Assembly (NCBI GenBank): GCA_045863395.1
Contig: BTVJ01000070.1
Span: 1 to 37,123, forward strand
Direction: 5' to 3'
DNA: 37,123 nt
Source: Myxococcales bacterium
GTDB taxonomy: Bacteria; Myxococcota_A; UBA9042; JABWCM01; BTVJ01
Below are positions 34,501 through 37,123 of the stretch, in pieces. Under the pieces are notes generated by a model. That model was not told the origin of the DNA. It worked only from the letters and a program-made list of their open reading frames with translations, and ran no database searches. The stretch's first letter is position 1. The number at the start of each line of letters is the position of its first letter. A program made the translations under genes and the position numbers.

Positions 34501-36748
34501 GGTTGCCGTCGCTGCACGCTCCCGAGCCCGGCTCGTTGATGCAGGCGCCCGAAGCCGAGCAGGCGTCCGAGGTGCAAGGGTTGCCGTCGTCGCAGGACTT
34601 GGCCAGGCCCGAGCACACGCCACTCTTGCAGGCCGCGAACAGCAGGCACGCGCCGCCGGCGCAGGGGACGCCGTCCGGAGCGGACAGCACCGCGCACTGC
34701 CCGGTCGCGGGGACGCACGCGGCCACCGCACAGGGGCCCGTAGCGGTCTTGGAGCAGTCGGGGATGGTCGCCGGGTCGACAACGCAAGCACCATCCTTGC
34801 AGACGAGCGCTCCATTGCAGAGGTCCGCGTCGTCGACCTCCGCGCAGTCCGCGTCCGTGACACAGGCACACACGTTCGCCCCGGCCTTGCACGCCCCACC
34901 GGCGCAGGTGTCCCCGAGCGTGCATGGGTTTCCGTCCTCGCATGGGGCCGCCGCCGCGATGTGTACGCACCCCTTCGCGGGGTCACAGGCATCGGCGGTG
35001 CAGGGGTTTCCGTCGCCGCAGGAGTCCACCGCGCCGCTCTTGCACTTGCCGGCCAGGCAGGCGTCACCGATGGTGCAGCCGTTGCCGTCGGTGCAGGTCG
35101 AGCCATCCACGAGCGGGATCTGAACGCAGGCTCCCGTCGCCGGGTCGCACGCCGCGCTGTTGCAGGGGGTCGCGGCGCCGGCACAGGATGGGATCGTCGT
35201 GGGATCGAGCAGACACTTGCCCCCGGCGCAGGTCAGTGTCCCATTGCAGGCGTTGCCGTCCTCGAACGCCGCGCAGTCCGCCTGCACCGCGCAGGCGCAC
35301 ACGTTGCCGGTGGGGATGCACGCTCCGCCCTTGCATGCCTCGCCGATGGTACAAGAGTCGCCGTCGTCGCACGGGCCATCCACCGGGGCGTAGGAGCATC
35401 CGCCGCCCACCTTGCAGGTGTCGGCGGTACACGGGTTGCCGTCGTCACAGGACACAGCCGTCCCACCGACGCAGGCTCCAGCCACGCAGGCCGTCCCCTT
35501 GGTGCAGGGGTCCCCGTCCTCGCACGGCGCACCATCCTTTGCAGCGGAAGCAGCACAGGAACCGGTCGCCGGATCGCACGCGTCCTCCGTACAGGGGTCT
35601 CCATCCTCGGGACACGTCACGGGGCCGCCTGGACCCGGGAGGCAGGCGCCCCCCTGGCAGGTCAGAAATCCTTTGCAGGCGTCGCCCTCGAGGTTGGCAC
35701 AGTCGGCGTCCGTCGCGCAGGAGCAGACGCTACCCGCCGCCGTGCAAGCACCGCCGGCGCACGCGTCGCCGACGGTGCAGGCGAAGCCGTCGTCGCAGGG
35801 CGCACCGTTGGCGACGTGCGTACAGCCCGCCGGATCGCACGCGTCGTCCGTGCAGGGGTTTCCGTCCGCGCATTGCGCATCGGACTCGGCGGAGTCGTGG
35901 ATGCAGCCCACCATCATGTCGCAGGAATCAGCGGTGCATGGGTCGCCGTCATCACAGTCCAGAGGCCCGTCCGGCACGCAAGCCCCGCCGTCGCACACGC
36001 CCGCGGTGCAAGGCTGGGCCGCGACGCAGGGACCCGCCGCCGCCTCGTAGGTGCAACCCGCCGCCCCGCAGGTGGCCGCGGCGCAGGCGCCCTCGGAGGG
36101 GCACAGCGCGTCATCGGGCTCGTGGGAGCAGCCGGTCACCGGATCGCAGGCGTCCACGGTGCAGGCGACGCCGTCGTCGCACAAATCGCCGTCGGCGAGG
36201 TGGGAGCAGCCCGTCGAGTCGCAGGCATCCGTCGTACAAGGGTCCCCGTCGTCGCACCCTGCGCCCGCCACGCACTCCCCCGCGTCGCAGGCGTCGTCGC
36301 TCGTGCACGGGTCCCCGTCGTCGCACGGGCCGCTGGCGCCCGCGTGGCTGCAGTCGCCCGTCTCGGTGTCGCACAGATCCTCGGTGCAGACGTTGCCATC
36401 GTCGCACGGCGCACCCTCGTCCGGCACGCACTCGCCCGCGTGACAGGACCACCTCGGTTCACAGGGGCTCTCGATCTTGCAGGTCGCTCCATCGGACAGC
36501 GGGGTCGTCCTGCACTCCCCGTCGGCGCACGCCACCGCAAGACACGGGTCCGAGGGGCATGGCTCGCCACGGCACAGCCCTGCCCCATCGGCCCCCCCGG
36601 AGTCCGAGGGGTCGGGTGAGCCATCGTGGGTCGCATCCGCGGCGGCGTCGGAAGCGGCGTCGGCAGCAGCGCCGCCCGATCCTGGGCCCGGGCACGCGGC
36701 GAGCGAGAGCGTCAGCAGGCAGGCCAGGCTGAGGAGGGGGGACCGCAT
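31598..36748 (-). CDS. Large Cys-rich repeat lipoprotein, 1716 aa
   Basis: Start reset to ATG 36748 (GAGGTG RBS; MRSPLLSLACLLTLSLAA-C, lipobox LAAC). Acidic linker, then only CDDG.PCT.D.C-type repeats. Stop is 31 nt before the giant-gene ATG. Confidence 0.9.
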   Translation of the reverse strand: MRSPLLSLACLLTLSLAACPGPGSGGAAADAASDAAADATHDGSPDPSDSGGADGAGLCRGEPCPSDPCLAVACADGECRTTPLSDGATCKIESPCEPRWSCHAGECVPDEGAPCDDGNVCTEDLCDTETGDCSHAGASGPCDDGDPCTSDDACDAGECVAGAGCDDGDPCTTDACDSTGCSHLADGDLCDDGVACTVDACDPVTGCSHEPDDALCPSEGACAAATCGAAGCTYEAAAGPCVAAQPCTAGVCDGGACVPDGPLDCDDGDPCTADSCDMMVGCIHDSAESDAQCADGNPCTDDACDPAGCTHVANGAPCDDGFACTVGDACAGGACTAAGSVCSCATDADCANLEGDACKGFLTCQGGACLPGPGGPVTCPEDGDPCTEDACDPATGSCAASAAKDGAPCEDGDPCTKGTACVAGACVGGTAVSCDDGNPCTADTCKVGGGCSYAPVDGPCDDGDSCTIGEACKGGACIPTGNVCACAVQADCAAFEDGNACNGTLTCAGGKCLLDPTTIPSCAGAATPCNSAACDPATGACVQIPLVDGSTCTDGNGCTIGDACLAGKCKSGAVDSCGDGNPCTADACDPAKGCVHIAAAAPCEDGNPCTLGDTCAGGACKAGANVCACVTDADCAEVDDADLCNGALVCKDGACVVDPATIPDCSKTATGPCAVAACVPATGQCAVLSAPDGVPCAGGACLLFAACKSGVCSGLAKSCDDGNPCTSDACSASGACINEPGSGACSDGNPCTFGDLCTGGACESGPNICGCQTDGDCKPGEDGDLCNGTLHCVAGACQVNPATVVKCPPPQGSCVLAVCQPASGACTTVARPDGTLCEDGSLCTAGDACKAGVCQGLTLPCDDGNGCTTDGCQAASGCYNLPAQGPCNDGNPCTSGDQCLNGACIPSASVPGCCGGPSDCDDGDSCTTDQCLGGTCAHTPKAGCGTTCGGAGACDDGDPCTVDSCSGGTCGHAPIPGCGLVGCAVHGDCDDLNGCTADTCGVGGYCVFAPIAGCGLQPCAVSADCDDFWECTSDVCLGGYCTFEPLPGCPGVPCQTQAFCDDADACTTDACADGFCAMTPIPGCGTPCITPKDCGDGDPCTVDLCLGGTCVPAPILGCTGKPCASSGQCDDGEPCTADSCDSSGVCTSTPITPCGGECAKDADCEDGQPCTINTCTPTGSCTLVGIDGCTGMPCVTSPDCDYGDPCVVPTCVLGVCSVQPLAGCSAECSTDKDCDDSDPCTTDTCTTFGGCQHWAPPYCGGAPCAGDGDCGDGDSCTVDVCYPPGICVHPPLSGPGCGNGTCTETWQCDDSNLCTIDACVGQSCTYVPIPECVTCTKVSDCPPRECKIPKCGAQGICEYSPEPGCGTKPCSTAGECDDGKVCTSDSCVNGNCQNAPIPYCMGTPCASDAGCQTGKPCVVQKCSAAGICVEVPVSGCSTAPCVYPQDCYDADPCTADSCVSGGCVHEPVNGCAACVTATDCSSLGGCWSATCAAGLCSWAAVPGCGAGPCATKGDCNDGDPCTVDDCAGATVCAHGDRLHCSGKICSGAAVCDDLDPCTSDVCSGSVCLNIPIVGCPGPCEQASDCSDGNPCTADACLNGTCSASPISGCVAQKCTKASDCHDTDACTWDKCSPLGLCEHVVIDPACSGIPCATAADCDDGDGCTAQACVEIGYCDYALVSGCVPCGTDVDCEGLDPCVLATCGGSGTCVIVQDLCP

Positions 36749-36817
36749 TTCACCTCTACAAGCGCCGGGCTGGGGAGCCCGCAGGGAACATCGCTCCTGG
36801 CGCGCAGACCCGGGGCC

Positions 36818-36932
36818 CGCCTCGCGAGACCATGTGTGCGCACACATGAGTCCACGACCAACGCAACGGAGCGAGCCGGCCCCGGGTGCAATTTGCACAC
36901 CGCAGAGGTCACCTCTGCCAACGGGCCCGGCC
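36818..36932 (-). promoter_or_regulatory. Cluster of inverted repeats in the predicted 5' leader
   Basis: Perfect 18-bp palindrome CATGTGTGCGCACACATG (36831-36848), GTGCAA-T-TTGCAC (36886-36898), GCAGAGGT-C-ACCTCTGC (36902-36918). Confidence 0.6.
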
Positions 36933-36953
36933 AGGCACACGTGACGGCCTGTG

Positions 36954-36982
36954 ATCCTACCGGCCTGCGGCGGGCCGGGCAA
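36954..36982 (-). promoter_or_regulatory. sigma70-type promoter of the 25-kb two-gene unit
   Basis: TTGCCC (36982-36977)-N17-TAGGAT (36959-36954), with A-rich AAAGGAAAA just upstream. Confidence 0.5.
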
Positions 36983-37053
36983 CACGTTTTCCTTTGCAGG
37001 ACGTAGCCGATCTGCCCCGCGAGGCCCGAGAGCGGGTCCGTTGAGACCGCCGT

Positions 37054-37123
37054 GGGGGGGGGGGGGGGGGCCGCCCCCCCCCCCCCGCGCCCCGCGGGGC
37101 GCGCGGCGCCCGGGGGCCCCCCG
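37054..37123. other. Poly-G/poly-C low-complexity contig end, probable sequencing or assembly artefact
   Basis: Long G run followed by C runs and G/C-only sequence at the window edge. Confidence 0.75.

Noticed and set aside
36917..36934. sigma54 promoter (TGGCCGGGCCCGTTGG on the minus strand)
   Set aside because: GG-to-GC spacing and the -12 element do not fit TGGCAC-N5-TTGC.
36749..36985. 79-codon N-terminal extension of the 1795-aa ORF (likewise 8005-8055 and 9307-9369)
   Set aside because: Downstream ATGs have an RBS or coupled stop and give proper signal peptides or family N-termini; the extensions overlap promoters or the upstream gene.
37054..37123. G-quadruplex or phase-variable homopolymer tract
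   Set aside because: Lies at the sequence end and degrades into G/C-only noise, typical of low-quality read tails.

Overview
GC-rich bacterial contig segment; gene content (Cys-rich repeat lipoproteins, MopE-type repeats, VWA, CotH) suggests Myxococcota or a related deltaproteobacterium (inference). There are eight credible CDS. On the minus strand, a ~25 kb two-gene unit encodes a 1716-aa all-repeat Cys-rich lipoprotein and a ~6750-aa secreted giant. The giant contains 2 somatomedin-B-like domains, a propeller-like domain, 8 LamG/pentraxin domains, 19 disintegrin-like repeats, ~35 MopE-type acidic repeats, a CBM-like domain, a MAM-like jelly-roll and a VWA domain. On the plus strand are a zinc-ribbon/bacterial-PH membrane protein and htpG. 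A second minus-strand run encodes a Cys-free HCCA-isomerase/DsbA-fold protein, an exported CotH-family kinase, a tail-fibre-like adhesin with a triple C-terminal head, and a 1179-aa lipoprotein of ~40 Dictyostelium CTDC-like repeats. Several near-consensus promoters, a Fur-box-like site and a ~200-nt structured leader are readable by eye. The best candidate for a new system is a disulfide-rich, animal/amoebozoan-ECM-like surface matrix or adhesin locus. All family calls come from motif recognition, not database searches. Domain borders and repeat counts are manual and approximate.
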